From the NCBI RefSeq assembly GCF_048593235.1, contig NC_133623.1, positions 23,242,211-23,306,210 on the forward strand: 64,000 bases of DNA, read 5' to 3'. Shown piece after piece: positions 51,890-64,000 of the stretch (position 1 is the first letter of the stretch; every line of letters starts with the position of its first letter). Origin of the DNA: Sminthopsis crassicaudata. Taxonomy: Eukaryota. The notes below the pieces were generated by a model. That model was not told the DNA's origin. It did not search any database and saw nothing but the letters and a program-made list of their open reading frames with translations. A program made the position numbers and the translations under genes.

Positions 51890-52749
51890 AATAATACATG
51901 TAAAAATACATGTGAAAAAATACATAAGATGACCAAGTACCTAGAAGGGGGATAAAAGAGGTGTAATGTAATTTGGGGCCTCTCCAATATGTTCATACAT
52001 AGATAGAAAACCATAGAAAACCACAAATTAACATTATATTTGTGCCTTTACTGAACTTTTATTTATTTTAGTGAACATCTGATAATGACATTTTAACCTG
52101 GTTAGCATTCAGGAGCTTGGAAGGATGACTGAGGCCCTTCTAGGCCAGTTTGACACTCTGGCTCTTAACAGCAGAGGTTCTTCCTCGTATCATTGTGGTA
52201 TAGTGAGGTGCTCTCCAGCAAGGTGCTCTGTACTCTTACTCTCCCCACTCCTCCCCCCCCTCCAACCAAAACTCTACCTTCCCCTTGAGAGTGACTATTT
52301 CTCTACTCTCTCCTTCAGCTCCTCCCTTCTGGAAGACACATAAAAAGACCTCATTTGGAGTCAGTATCTTGAAAAGTTTAAGGTGGGAATATAGGAGAAC
52401 TGTTATTTCTAAATATAAAAGACATCATAAAAGGGAAAGTCTAGAGAAGTCTTTGCCTTAATGGTGGCCCAGCTAGATAGAGATTCTCAGGTATTTCTTA
52501 CGCAGCCACTGGCTCAGGGGATCTTTCTGTGCCTTGGGAAGTTATAAAATGAAATCAATCATTCCCCTTTCCATCTCTGTATTCTCAGCCAGCATATTGG
52601 TGGCCAAATCTTCAGATTTATTTTGTTTCTCCACAGTGCAGTCCCCACTCACCTCCTTTCAACTTCTCCCAATAAATATGCCCAGATTAGCATTGCCTCT
52701 AGTCAACAATTTTTCACAATTGCCAGTTTGAGATAAAGTAAATATTTAA

Positions 52750-52925
52750 AATGGGAGTTTTTAATGTGAGGTCCATGAACTTGTTTTTAAAAAATATTTT
52801 GTGAACTGTATTTCAATATAATTATAATCCTATGTGTTGTTGTTTTTTATACATTAAAAACATTTTAAGGAGATTCTATCGGCCAAAGGGTTGCATGACA
52901 CAAAAAAGTGAAGAATGCTTAGTTT
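52750..52925. mobile_element. Probable hAT-type MITE remnant
   Basis: ggtccatgaacttgtttt...aactgtatttcaatataat...catgacacaaaaaagtgaag, resembling a common marsupial non-autonomous DNA element; family from memory. Confidence 0.55.
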
Positions 52926-53512
52926 AAACAAAGAAAGATAGATATAAGAAACTGACATTACCCCCAATCCCCAAAAGTATTAGTTTCCTGACCTATCAGG
53001 AGAGAGTTCATGGTATAGAGAGTCCATGGTACAACTTCTATTTGTAGGAGGTTCCTTCAGCTCCCAGAGGCTTCTCAGCTTCCTCTTCCCACAGTCCCTT
53101 TAGGATGACAGGGGATATTTTGCCAGAGATCTTACCATTCATAGGTTCAGAGCAAACCCTGAAGGGTTCAATGAAGATTTTTGCTTCTCCAGCAGGAAGT
53201 TTATCTCCAATGTCCTAAATTTGGCAATGCCAAAGTAGCATTTCACTCAAAAAATTAGTTTCACTTTGCCTGTATTTCCTAGCTATATGGCAATGTCTTT
53301 TTTGGGGAACTTCCCCAGTTTGGGATATGCTAATGTTTTCTCACTTGTTCCTTTAGGCTGCCATTTGGAGTCAATGTCTTGAAAAGTTTGTGGTGGGGAT
53401 ATTAGGAGGGCTGTTGTTTCTAGTTATGAGAACTTGTACAAAAATCTCTAGTAGTCTTAACTGTCCTAAAACCAATAGAACTAGAATATTTCAGATTCCT
53501 AACTAGGAATAG

Positions 53513-54140
53513 GATAGCTAGTGATGCAGTACACAGATCATTGGGTGTGGAGTCAGAAAGACTCTTCTTTTTTAGCTTCAATCTGGTCTCAGACACTTCC
53601 TAGCTGTGTGACCCTGAGCAAGTCACTTTACCCTGTTTTCCTCAGTTTCCTCATCTGTCAAATGAGCTGAAAAAGGAAATGGCAAACCACTTCCCTTGTC
53701 CACACATCTAACAAAATTATTTTTCTGAAAAACATAGACCTTAAAATGTCATCTGTCTACTCAGACATCTTCATTGGCTCCCTGTTGTCTCTTGATTAAA
53801 ATACAAATTTCTCAGCATGGCACTTAAAGGTCTGTGCAGTCTAACCCCACCATTTAGCCAACCTAGTGACTTCCACCCAACTGGAGATGGGGATGCCTCA
53901 GTCTAAAAAGAGCAGCTTGGTGGTGCAGTGAGATACTCCTCTTCCTGAGTTGAAATCTGGCCTCAGACACTTCTTAGCTATGTGACCCTGGACAAGTCAC
54001 TTCACCCTGTTTGCCTCAGTTTGCTCATCTTTAAAATGAGATGGAGAAAGAAATGGCAAACCACTTCAGTCCCTCTGCCAAGAAAACCCCAAATGGGGTC
54101 ATCAAAAGTGTGAGAAGACTGAAATGATTAAACAACAATA
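53513..54140 (+). mobile_element. Two MAR1-type SINEs (about 53513-53695 and 53905-54140)
   Basis: Each has tcagacacttc..tagct.tgtgaccct..gcaagtcactt CORE and aaatggcaaaccact tail. Confidence 0.85.
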
Positions 54141-55789
54141 ACAGTCTAGCTCCCGCCCTCTTTCCCAGTTTTTCAGTCCAACTGTCTGGCACTATGTTCG
54201 CCATAAAAGACATTGCCATCCTTGTAGGACTGGTCCCCCATGTGTGGAATGCAGCCCTTCCTTGAAATTTCCTAGAATCTTCCCATTGCCTTCAAAGCCT
54301 AGCTCAGATGCCACTTCCCACACGAATCTACTCCCAACCCCCTGAGCAGTTGCTAGGCATCTCTACCTCTTGAAATCAGCATCCAATAATTTGGAGACAG
54401 CATTTTCTTGTTCACCTTTTGTCTCCCTATCCCCCACCTCTGCTCAAAGGTGGGAATCGCTTTGTCTCTCTATACCCTAGCACAGTGTTTGGCACAGGGT
54501 TGGCACTTCGTAAATAGATTGACTGAAATTTTGCAGAACAGGAAGTGAGCAACTTTGGGATAGAGTGATTTGTTCAAGGCCACACATAGTCAAAGTTGTG
54601 GGAGCAGGCCTTCAGACTGGACGCACCCAAATCTCCTGGCTCCCAGCCCGGCATTTTTGTTTGTTTTTCTTTGTTTTTGCCTGCTGCTCCATTTTGCCTT
54701 CTCAGAAGAGGGCAAAATGGTCCCTGAGCCTTGTATACAGCCTTCTACATCAGCCACTGTAAGCATCATTTAATGAACCCCAGCAGAAATCACAATCTTC
54801 TCCTCCCTGGTTTGCATTAGGAATCTTATTCAGAAATAATGGGTCAAAGATGAATCTCTGAGCTGTAATAAGACGGATTGGGTGGAATTGTGGGGAGGAA
54901 GTAAGGGAGGCATTTTTTTTCTATAACCCTAGAAGAGGTCAGTGAATTAACATATTATATGCATCAAATGCTGACTCCAGGCGCAGAGTTTGATAATATA
55001 GCTTATATACAGAATATCTTACCATATGCAAATGCTAAAAGCTTCTGGTCAGACATGATTTATTTTTCTCTTGGAATATATTTGTCACGCCCCCTTCACT
55101 TCCTCATGCAAAGTAGAATAATGCCAGTAATTTCAATGCCTGGTAACAATGGCTCCATGTAGTATATTATCTGTGAAGTAAAAATGATATTACTGACCCC
55201 ACCCCCACCCCAGACCCACTGTGAGGAATAAGTGGTTAAAAGGGATTGAAAAGCATATTGTGAATATAAAGTCTTCAATCAATGTAAATGCATGTGTCTG
55301 TGTGAGTGGCGTGGATGTGGCTTATTCATTTATTTCAGACTTAGAGGGATAATGCACAGGGTCTGATACAAGGTACGAACTTCATAAATGCTTGTTGATT
55401 GATTCCTCATCAGGTGGGTTCACAGATGTAGTTTTCTCTTGTCACCTGTAATGCCAAGGGTACTGGATTGGTAACGATGAGACAGGTTCTAATTCTGACC
55501 ATGTCACTAACTTGCTGCATGACAACAAGCATTTCTTAAGCACTTACAAAGTGCTGATGTGAATAGGAATAGGGGCTTCCCCAGTAAGCTCTCAAGTGGA
55601 ACTTTTCTCCTCTCCTCTCCCCTCTTTTCCTCTCCTCTTCTGCCTTTTCCTCTCCTCTCCTCTCCTCTTTTCTTCTTTCCTTTCCTTTTCTTTCTTCTTT
55701 TCTTTTTCTGTCCACATAGGGTCTCATACCCTTATCTGTGCATGTTCTGCCTAAAGGAATGTAAATTTTACTGACTGAAACCTCCCAAA

Positions 55790-56250
55790 GTATCTTGGGA
55801 TTTACCTGGGAGGATCAGGCCTTAAGCCCAAATCACTCTGGCTCTCATTGACTAACCAAATAGGTTTTAGTCTCACTTGGTCATTGTTTGGATCCTGATT
55901 GACTCAGAATGTAAAAAACAGTTGTTTCTGTTTTGCCCAGAAATCTTGAGGATCTTTGCCTCCCAGATTGATATTTTTTGACTAGGTAAAAAGGCCATTT
56001 TTGCCTCATTTCTTACCTAGCCTTAATCTCTGATTGGGTGTTACCTTGATTGAACCTATCAAAGACCTCAGCTCAAAAAGGCCAAGGTTTCCCACTGCAC
56101 CAGGGCCAACTCCAGTCATCCTGAGCTTTATTTTGCCACTGGACCCAGATGGTTTTGGAAGACTAAGTGAGGTCAGTGACTTTGCACAGCCTTCCTTCTC
56201 TTCCTGATGCCATGTCTCTCTTCAAGAACAAAAGACAAATGACAATAAGA
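55790..56250 (+). mobile_element. RTE-associated marsupial SINE (WALLSI/RTESINE type)
   Basis: aaaggccaaggtttcccactgca...ttgccactggacccagatgg...gactttgcacagcc...ctcttcaagaacaaaagacaaa tail. Confidence 0.65.
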
Positions 56251-56599
56251 TGTTAGGTACTGGGTATACAGAGACAAAATTAAAAAACAAAACAAAACAA
56301 TGCATAATGGTAGTTTTTACATAATGGTTAGAGGGCCAACCTTCTAGTCAGAAAGAGCACCTCTGACGGTGGCTGTATGATCCTGGGAAAGTTGCTTAAT
56401 CTTGTCACCTCTCCAAGATTATCAATCACAGAACAGGTGCTGACATGCATTAGAGATACTGCTCTTTCCACACATAGAAGTTCCAAACCAATGAAATCAT
56501 CACTCTCCTTTAACAAACAAAAGCAAAAAACTAAAAACAAGATCCTGAGGGATAGACAATGGAGATAGCTATTTACAAATTCTTCTGCCATTCTAGTGG

Positions 56600-57200
56600 A
56601 CTGGGTAGAGGCAGATAAAAGATGAAAATTGTTTTATTCATGATAATTTGAAGGAGAGAGTACTAACCACTAGGGGCATCAGAGAAGTCTTCCTGTCAGA
56701 GGAGGCGTAGGAGCTGGACACTGAAGAAAGCTAGGATTATAAGATGTAGAGTCTACGTGGGAATGTGTCCAGCATGGGGAAACAGACTGGATAAAGGGAT
56801 AGAATGCTGAGTTTGGACAATAGCAAGTCAGCTGTTTTGGCTGGAATGTGGGATGTGTGAAGGATAGTCTTGCGCATTAGGTCTGATGAGGTAGGGATGG
56901 GCAGGGCTTTATGCAGGGCTTTAAATGCCTACCAAAAGAGTTTGTGTTTCATCTTCGTACCAATAGGTAACTCATGAAGGTTCCTTAGTAGGGTAATGAT
57001 GTGGTCAGACTTGTGTTGTAGATTATTTAGGCATCTTCATGGTGGACCGATTGGAGAAGCAAGAGATGGAGCGCAGGCATTCAATTATGAAGCTATACAA
57101 GGGAGATATGAAGAGAACCAGAACTAGGGAGATAACTGTGATAACTGTGTGAATGGGAGGAAAAAGAGGATGCATGACTGGGAGGGGTACTATACAAGTG
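56600..57200 (-). mobile_element. L2 3' relic
   Basis: Same degenerate motifs as 5560-6000 (gggctttaaatgcc, gtagggtaatgatgtggtcagac). Confidence 0.65.
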
Positions 57201-57281
57201 TAACTGAGAAGATTTGGGCATTGATTAGAAACACTTCCTTTGTCTTGGTTTCAGTTTTCTTCTTGGTTAAGAAGATAATCT

Positions 57282-57393
57282 CAGCACCTGAAGTCTGGAG
57301 GACTTGAGTTCAAATCTGGTTTCAGACACTTAATTCCTCGCCCGTGTGACCCTGGCAAGTCACTTAACCCCAATTGCCTCAGGGGAAAAAAAA
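57282..57393 (+). mobile_element. 5'-truncated WSINE1-like SINE with TSD
   Basis: 10-bp TSD aagataatct at 57272-57281 and 57394-57403; CORE and ggggaaaaa tail. Confidence 0.9.
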
Positions 57394-57719
57394 AAGATAA
57401 TCTTTAGAGATTACCTTTAAATAGAACAAAAGAGGCCTATTAGGCTCAAGAGGTTTAGATAAGCATGTGCAAGAAAAAGAAACAATATTTCAAAGATTGT
57501 ATGATCTCATATGGACATTTTCTCATTTTGTATGATTCTTTTCTGTTTACTTCTAAAATTCTAAAATAGAACATTCACTCACCCTAAGTCTTTTAATTCT
57601 CTTTCCTCCTTCCCTCCCTTCTTCTCTTTCTTTCCTTCATTCCTTCCTTCCTTCCTTCCTGCCTGCCTGCCTGCCTGCCTACTCACCCAGACTACTAATA
57701 AGCCCAATTCATCTCTTTC

Positions 57720-58246
57720 CCTTTTTAAAAAATAAAGCTTTTTATTTTCAAAACATATGCATGGATAATTTGACAAGATTGACCCTTGCATAGCCTTGTG
57801 TTTTAGATTTTCTCCCCCTTCTCCCCATCCCTTCCCTTAGATAGCAAGCAATTCAATATATGTTAAACATGTTAAATATATGTTAAATCCATTATGTATA
57901 ATCATAATTATTCAATTCTCTTGCTGCACAAGAGAAATCAGATAAAAAAGAAAGTAAACGAGCAAACAACTTGCAAAGAGTGAGAATGCTAGTTGTGCTC
58001 TACACTCAGTTCCCACAGGCCTCTCTCTGGGTGTAGATGGCTCTCTTCATCACAAGATCATTGGAACTGGCATCAGTCTTCTCCTTGTTGGAAACAGCCA
58101 TGTCCATCAGAATTGATCATCATATAATATTGATGTTGTGTATAATGATCTCCTGGTTCTGTTCATTTCACTTAGCATCAGTTCCTGTAAGTCTCTCCAG
58201 ACCTTTCTGAAATCATCCTGCTGATCTTTTCTTATAGAACAGTAAT
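57720..58246 (-). mobile_element. Older-subfamily L1 3' end
   Basis: Antisense 3' UTR (aaacatatgcatggataatt) and ORF2 end; agcccaattc repeated at 57701-57710 and 58248-58257. Confidence 0.85.
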
Positions 58247-58518
58247 GAGCCCAATTCTAGTATTGAGCAGCATGGAAAGTTTTACCAGATCCTTTTCTCC
58301 AGTGTGAGCTGGGTGCCTCCTCTGTAGCCAACCTGATGAGCCTCAGCTTTTAGGGGCTCACCATGTGACTGCTGCAGTTACTGCGGACACTTGATTTTCT
58401 TTAGCCCCACTGCAGCTCAGAACACTTAAACTCTAGAAATCCATTAGCTTCAGCCTCCCCAGCAGATGAGGCAATAGCATGTACCACCACACCTGGCTTT
58501 TATATTTCCTGGATATTA

Positions 58519-59894
58519 GGTGGAGCCAAGATAGTAGAGGAAGGCAGCAATTCAGCTGAACTCTCAGAACATTTTGCTCCAAATGATATTAAAATAATGC
58601 ATAAAATCAAATTTTGGAGTGGCAGAGCCAACAAAAGGTTAGTGAGAGACACTTTTCCACCCTTAGAAAGTCAACAGGAGAGGTCTGTTAACAGCAGCAT
58701 GGGGATTGTCCCAGAGCCTGCCTGGCAGCAGCACCAGCCATGAGTCTTCAAGGCAATGGGGAGAGTGTCAGCAATAGCAGCTGAAGTAAGAAAAGAAGAA
58801 GCAATCATGATACCAGATAAAGCAAAAACAAAAATAGATGATTAAAAGCAATAATCTGGGAAACTAGATTTTGTTAAAATATACCATAAACAATGAAGTA
58901 ATATCAAAAATTTTTACAGCAAGTTTTTCTGACAAATGCCTTATTTTTTAAAAATCTATAAGGAACTGAGTCAAATTTGTAAAAATAAAAGCCATTTTCC
59001 AATTGATAAATGGTCAAAGGATGTGAATAGGCAGTTTTTAGAAGAAGTAATCAAAGTTATCTCTAGTCATATGAAAAAATTTTCAGAAATGCTTAGAAAA
59101 ATGCAAATTAAAATAACTGAAGTACCACTTCATACTTCTCAGAAATGAGAAATACTGGAGGAGGTGAGGAAAAATAGCTACACTAATGAACTTTTGGAAG
59201 AGTTGTGACTTGTAACCATTCTGGAGAACAATTTGAACTATACCAAAGGGCTAAAAACGTTGCAAGCTCTTGGACTCAGCAATACTACTACTAAGTCTTT
59301 ACTCCCAAGAGGTCAGAAGAAAATGAAAAGGCTCTTTTCATACAGAAATATTTATAGCAGTTCTTTATGTGATGTCAAAAATTGGAAATCAAGGGGATGC
59401 TTGTCAATTGGGGAATGCCTGGACAAGTTGTGATATGATTGTGATGGAGTAATGTCATGCTATTAGAAATAGCAAGGGGGTTGGTTTCAGAAAAAACATG
59501 AGAAGACCTAGATGAACCAATATAAAGGGAAGTGAGTAGAACCAGTACATCATTATACATAGTTAACAGAGATATTGTAATAATGAACAACTTTGAAAAA
59601 CTTAGCTGCTCTGGATAATACGATGATCCAAGACGTTTTCAAAGGACTCATGATGGAAAATGTTTCCTGTCTCCAGAGAGATAACTGATGAGCTCTTAGT
59701 GCAAATTGAATTATGATTTTCTCTTATTTTTCTTGCTTTTTGTAATATAGCTAATATGGAAATCTTTAGCATGATTTCATGTGTATAATTAATTGATGTA
59801 ATATTGTTTACCTTCCAGTGGATGTGGAGAGATTGGAGAGAAATTGGAACTTAAAATTAAAAAAAAAAGGTTAGAAATAAAGAAAAATTAAAAA
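58519..59894 (+). mobile_element. Internally deleted L1: 5' UTR joined to ORF2 3' end and 3' UTR
   Basis: Starts ggtggagccaagat (L1 5' terminus); ORF2 C-terminal peptide KIYKELSQICKNKSHFPIDKWSKD from about 58940; A tail; 17-bp TSD with 2 mismatches (58502-58518, 59895-59911). Confidence 0.8.
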
Positions 59895-59949
59895 ATATTT
59901 CTTGAATATTAAAAATTGTTAATATTATAGGTTCCTTTTTCAAGATACA

Positions 59950-60130
59950 CATTGGATACATGTACCTCTTTTCCTAGTTATATGTGTCTCCAGTGGCCTC
60001 TTTTAAGTCACTTAGCACATGCAAGTCATCATTAGTTATATATCTTAGGCACCTTATGGCTGTCATATATCTCCATTGGCCTCTGGGTCACCTGCAATTC
60101 TGATTGTTCTGAGATCATACTGTGATATGA
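59950..60130 (-). mobile_element. RTE LINE 3' fragment
   Basis: Minus strand aattgcaggtgacccagaggccaatggag resembles the RTE segment at 63600-63660. Confidence 0.55.
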
Positions 60131-60919
60131 TTCACAGTCGTATGACATAACTCTGAATGTGAATGGGATGAGCTCACTTATAAAAGTAGTGGATAGTAGA
60201 ATGGCATCCCTGGGAGAATAGGAGAGTGTTGCAAGTTAGGGGCAAGCCTGGAAATTAAGTTAAAAGTGGTCTACAGTTTCCCAAATGTAGTCCATCACTA
60301 CTCTTCTCCACCTGTTTTCTTTTGAGCATACCTTACTATGTACCTGTAGTTCTTACAGACCAACCAAAGAGATGTAAGACCCCATTGCATGGCAGCATCT
60401 GAGTATTCTGCATTCTTCATCTATGTTGTAACATGAAACCTTGAATAAGCAAAAAGAAAGCTAGAATTTAGTGATGGAAACATGATAAGGGAGCATCACA
60501 TCTTCCATGGAGCCCCACTGAGCTCTTAACTTTTTACAACCTGAGTGCTTAAGAAGTTATTTTCCAAGAGAATTGTTTCAAACATTCTGTTGCAGATTTG
60601 ACAAGAAGAGTCTAGGCAGAAAATGTTAAAGCTAGGTTAAGATCGTAGAAACCAGTAGGTGACTCTATAATAAATCTAACCGCTTCTGTCTCTACTTTCC
60701 AAGTCCCTTTGGGTTTGGGGTTTACAAGACTATGAGTCTAGAGAAGAGATATGAGTCTTATTCTTAAAGGCAGAGGCTAGTATGTTCCTGTCCTAATTAC
60801 ATGGGATACAGAAAAAGAGATGTGACATGGGTACAGAGGGTAACAGTTGGAACAAGTACAAGTTAAATGGATTGAATATAATTTTCACAAGTGTAATGAT
60901 GTAAGAGCATTTGGCAGTG

Positions 60920-61607
60920 CTGAGCACCCACTCCCCCTAGATACTTGCCCCTCTCTGGCTTATCATAGCACTCTTCTCCTGGTTTGCTGGCCCTGCCTTC
61001 ACAGTCTTTTTTTTTTTTTTTTTTTTTTTTTTACTGATTCATCATCCATAGATGTCATGCTTACTCACTGCAGATGTGTCCCAAGGCTCTGTACTGGTCC
61101 TTCTCTTTTATCTCTATACCTTGCTAGTGATCTTTGTAAGCTTCTATGGGTTCAGTTAGCATTTCTTAGCAGATGATTCTCAGACCATTATATCTATTCT
61201 CCTTACTGAGCTTCAGTTCTGATACTAGCCAGTGGACACTTCTAATGATGTATAATAATGATAATGTATATTACTTTGAAGTTTGCAAAGCACTTTCCAT
61301 ATGTAATCTCATTTGTTCCTTACGACAATGCTATGAGATAGGTGCTATTATTATCCACATTTTCTATGTGAGGAAACTGAGGCTGAGAAAGGTTAGGTAA
61401 CTTGCTCATGGTCACATGACTAGTGAATATCTGAGGCAGGATTTAAACTCAGATCTTCCTTACTCAGTTCAGTCCTTAGTTCAGTGCCTTAACGTGTTCA
61501 AAACAGAACTTATTATTTCTTCTCTCTCTCCCTTCACCGATCTCTCTCCCAGATTTTCCTATTACAGTTAGAGTGTGCCACCATCCTTTCAGTGGTCCAA
61601 GTTCACG

Positions 61608-61664
<57 letters not shown>

Positions 61665-62420
61665 AGAAAAGTAAGAAATCAAATAGGAGGGCTGAGAAAA
61701 AGTATTCTGGGAGTTGGGGGAAACAAAGTACTTGCATGGGATCACAAGAATGGTATCATTCTTAACTGCTTTCACCCTACATGTCCATTCAGTTGCCATA
61801 TCTATTCCTACCACATTACTCAATCTTTCAGTCCTCTCCTCTCAGTTTACATTGGTACCCCCCTAATTCAGGTCTTTAACACTTTCCCACATGGATTATC
61901 ACAGTGCTTTTTATTTGGCTTCCCTATCTCAAACCTGCTTCCTACTTCCAACTGTGCCCTGCTCTAATCCATCTTCCATAGAGCCATGTAGCGAATGATT
62001 TTCTCCCTAAGCTCAGATCTTATCTCATCACCTCCAAACTCCAGTGACTTCCTCTTAGCTTTAGGATCAAATATAACTTCCTCTATTTAACATTTAAATT
62101 TCTTCACACCATGGCTTCTTTCCATGTTTCCAGTCTTCTTTCATACTATTTATATCTATGCATTCTATGGTCCAGCCATGCTTACTTCTTTGTTGTTCCT
62201 CACGAGGCACTCCTTCCTCATCTCCACCTCTTTGAGTCCCTTGTTTCCTTTAAAATCCAGCTTATGGCCTACCCTCCACGTGACAGTGTTTCTTAGTTCC
62301 CTCAACTACTAGTATGTCCCTCTCCAAACTACTTTGTATTCATTTTCTGTGGATTTTATTTTATATATACAACTGTGGATGTGCTTTTGTCTAAAGCGGT
62401 GCTCATTAGATACTTAATAA
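60920..62420 (+). mobile_element. L2 relic interrupted by a MIR (about 61250-61480) and (CA)n (61609-61657)
   Basis: L2 ORF2 and 3' motifs (ctctaatccatcttccat, ttcctaagctcagatct, tttcttagcagatgattctcaga). Confidence 0.75.
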
Positions 62421-62479
62421 ATACTTGTTGATTTGTTGGCATATGGTCCCAGCAATAGACTTAGTCTTCTTTCCAGCAG

Positions 62480-63017
62480 TCAGTTTTTCACCATCTAGGA
62501 CAGTAGAATCATCATGCTTGGGCTCCAATATTACAACCCTAAATATGTTCATAAAGGGAGTAGAAATGATACTAAAGAGAATAAATATGGGGAAAGTGGT
62601 TGGATTACATCAAGTGGACGGAGAGGAGGACCATACTAGAAGTAACACAATGGTGGGGGCACAGATTAATAGATTTACAAGATTTTCTGACGAGTGGGAA
62701 GATATCAAGGGACAAATACAATCTTGAAGCTCATTATTATTATCAAACAAAGGCAACTGAAAGAATGTCAACGATGGCCACTTTCTTAGCTGTGTGCAGT
62801 TCTTATGGGAATCATCTACATAGTCATCAAAGGCATCTTCAGTGAAGGCATTAGGGCAAACAAATACGATCTTTACAATTATATTAGTGGCTGGAAGATG
62901 GAGAAGATGCAAGGTCCCACTCTGCTTAATTTTGCTTATAACTATTTATGATTTTACCATTAAACTTCTTTTGAATAGATGGAGCAAAAACATCATCTTG
63001 AGGGTCTTCTTCTAAAA

Positions 63018-63085
<68 letters not shown>

Positions 63086-63790
63086 GATATCTCTCTTTTC
63101 TATGCTGACTTGGTTCAAGGACTCTTTAATAAAAAATAGTTGATGAGGCATCCATGCCTCCCCAAGGGTGCATAGCATTGTGTTGCAGGAGATCCATGTT
63201 GAGGAAGGATTCTCTGTGAATAGTGACGCCCTTCAGATTTTCCTGCTTATAAACAACATTGGTCTGGTTCTATCAAGTCCAAGACATTGCAGAGTATCCT
63301 AGGAGAAATTGGTAACCACTCAAAAGTTTGGCCTACTTGGAAGACTATTGCCCAGATTGTTACATGTAGTTAGTTGGACATCCTACAGAGTTTGTACCTT
63401 TAGTATCTTTATAGGGGACAAACAATACAAATGCATTCAGTGGCCCAGAATTAAATGTAAAGAAAAGAACAGGCTGGATTTGTTTCAGGAAACTTTGAGG
63501 GCACTCTAATAATCCTGAACTTTTCCTACAAACTAAGGCCCATGTTCTTTAGTACCAAGACTCTGATAGTGTTTTAAGGTTATGAGTCATGGACACTAGG
63601 GTCTCCAAAAAGCTAAAAATGAGTGACATTCAGAGGGCAGTGGAAAAGCACATAGTGGTTGAGAGCAGACTTAAACTTATAGCCATTAAAGAACTTGGAA
63701 GACAAACTAGAGTAATAGATGTCATCAGGGAAATTTGTAAAAGTAGATGATTTGATCATGTGGTCTGGGCAAGAAAGAAAAGTTGTACTT
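62480..63790 (+). mobile_element. Degraded RTE LINE (probable endonuclease fragment, RT fragment, 3' region), split by (CT)n at 63020-63081
   Basis: 63235-63340 translates QIFLLINNI.LVLSSPR.LQSILGEIGNHSK.FGL, a decayed LLFADDIVL RT segment; 63490-63760 resembles the RTE C-terminus; endonuclease assignment of 62480-63000 is weaker. Confidence 0.65.
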
Positions 63791-64000
63791 CACTAGTAAA
63801 TTTGTGATGTCAGGAAAAAGCAAGGAAGATTCCTGCCATATGGGGTGGGGGAGGGGTACACTCTTGAGAATATGGACAATAAACAAACAAGATATAGAAT
63901 AATATATGAACTATGAATTGCATTGTTGATGGAGATATCTAAATCGATTAGACCAGAGATCCATTTGAATGAAACTTTGGGAAATTCTTTACAAAGCTGT

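Noticed and set aside
1-64000. Non-retroviral endogenous viral elements, CRISPR arrays, rRNA, snRNA
   Set aside because: No recognisable filovirus, bornavirus or parvovirus motifs, repeat-spacer arrays or RNA-gene sequences by eye; a tBLASTx/Rfam search is needed to exclude highly decayed copies

Overview
Vertebrate genomic DNA, almost certainly marsupial and probably a dasyurid (inferred from young WSINE1-type SINEs with A tails, MAR1/RTE-tailed SINEs, RTE LINE relics and marsupial-type L1 5' ends and 3' UTRs), from a scaffolded assembly with three N gaps. I recognise no intact protein-coding gene, rRNA, tRNA gene or CRISPR array; most ORFs in the track are transposon remnants, microsatellite read-through or N-run artefacts. 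Main structures: a decayed full-length minus-strand L1 (42161-48949); a composite L1 (25981-30286) with a perfect 16-bp TSD, made of three nested 3' ends on a body that is about 99% identical in patches to the full-length copy and shares its disabling lesions; a 1.42-kb TG...CA LTR element (32956-34377) with a 5-bp TSD, a tRNA-Ser primer-binding site, one full LTR and only about 45 bp of the other; and a TSD-flanked L1 whose 5' UTR is joined to its 3' end (58519-59894). Unique DNA between repeats holds several enhancer-like blocks and a few weak ab initio exon candidates whose gene I cannot name. All alignments, counts and repeat-family names were done by eye from memory and need computational confirmation.
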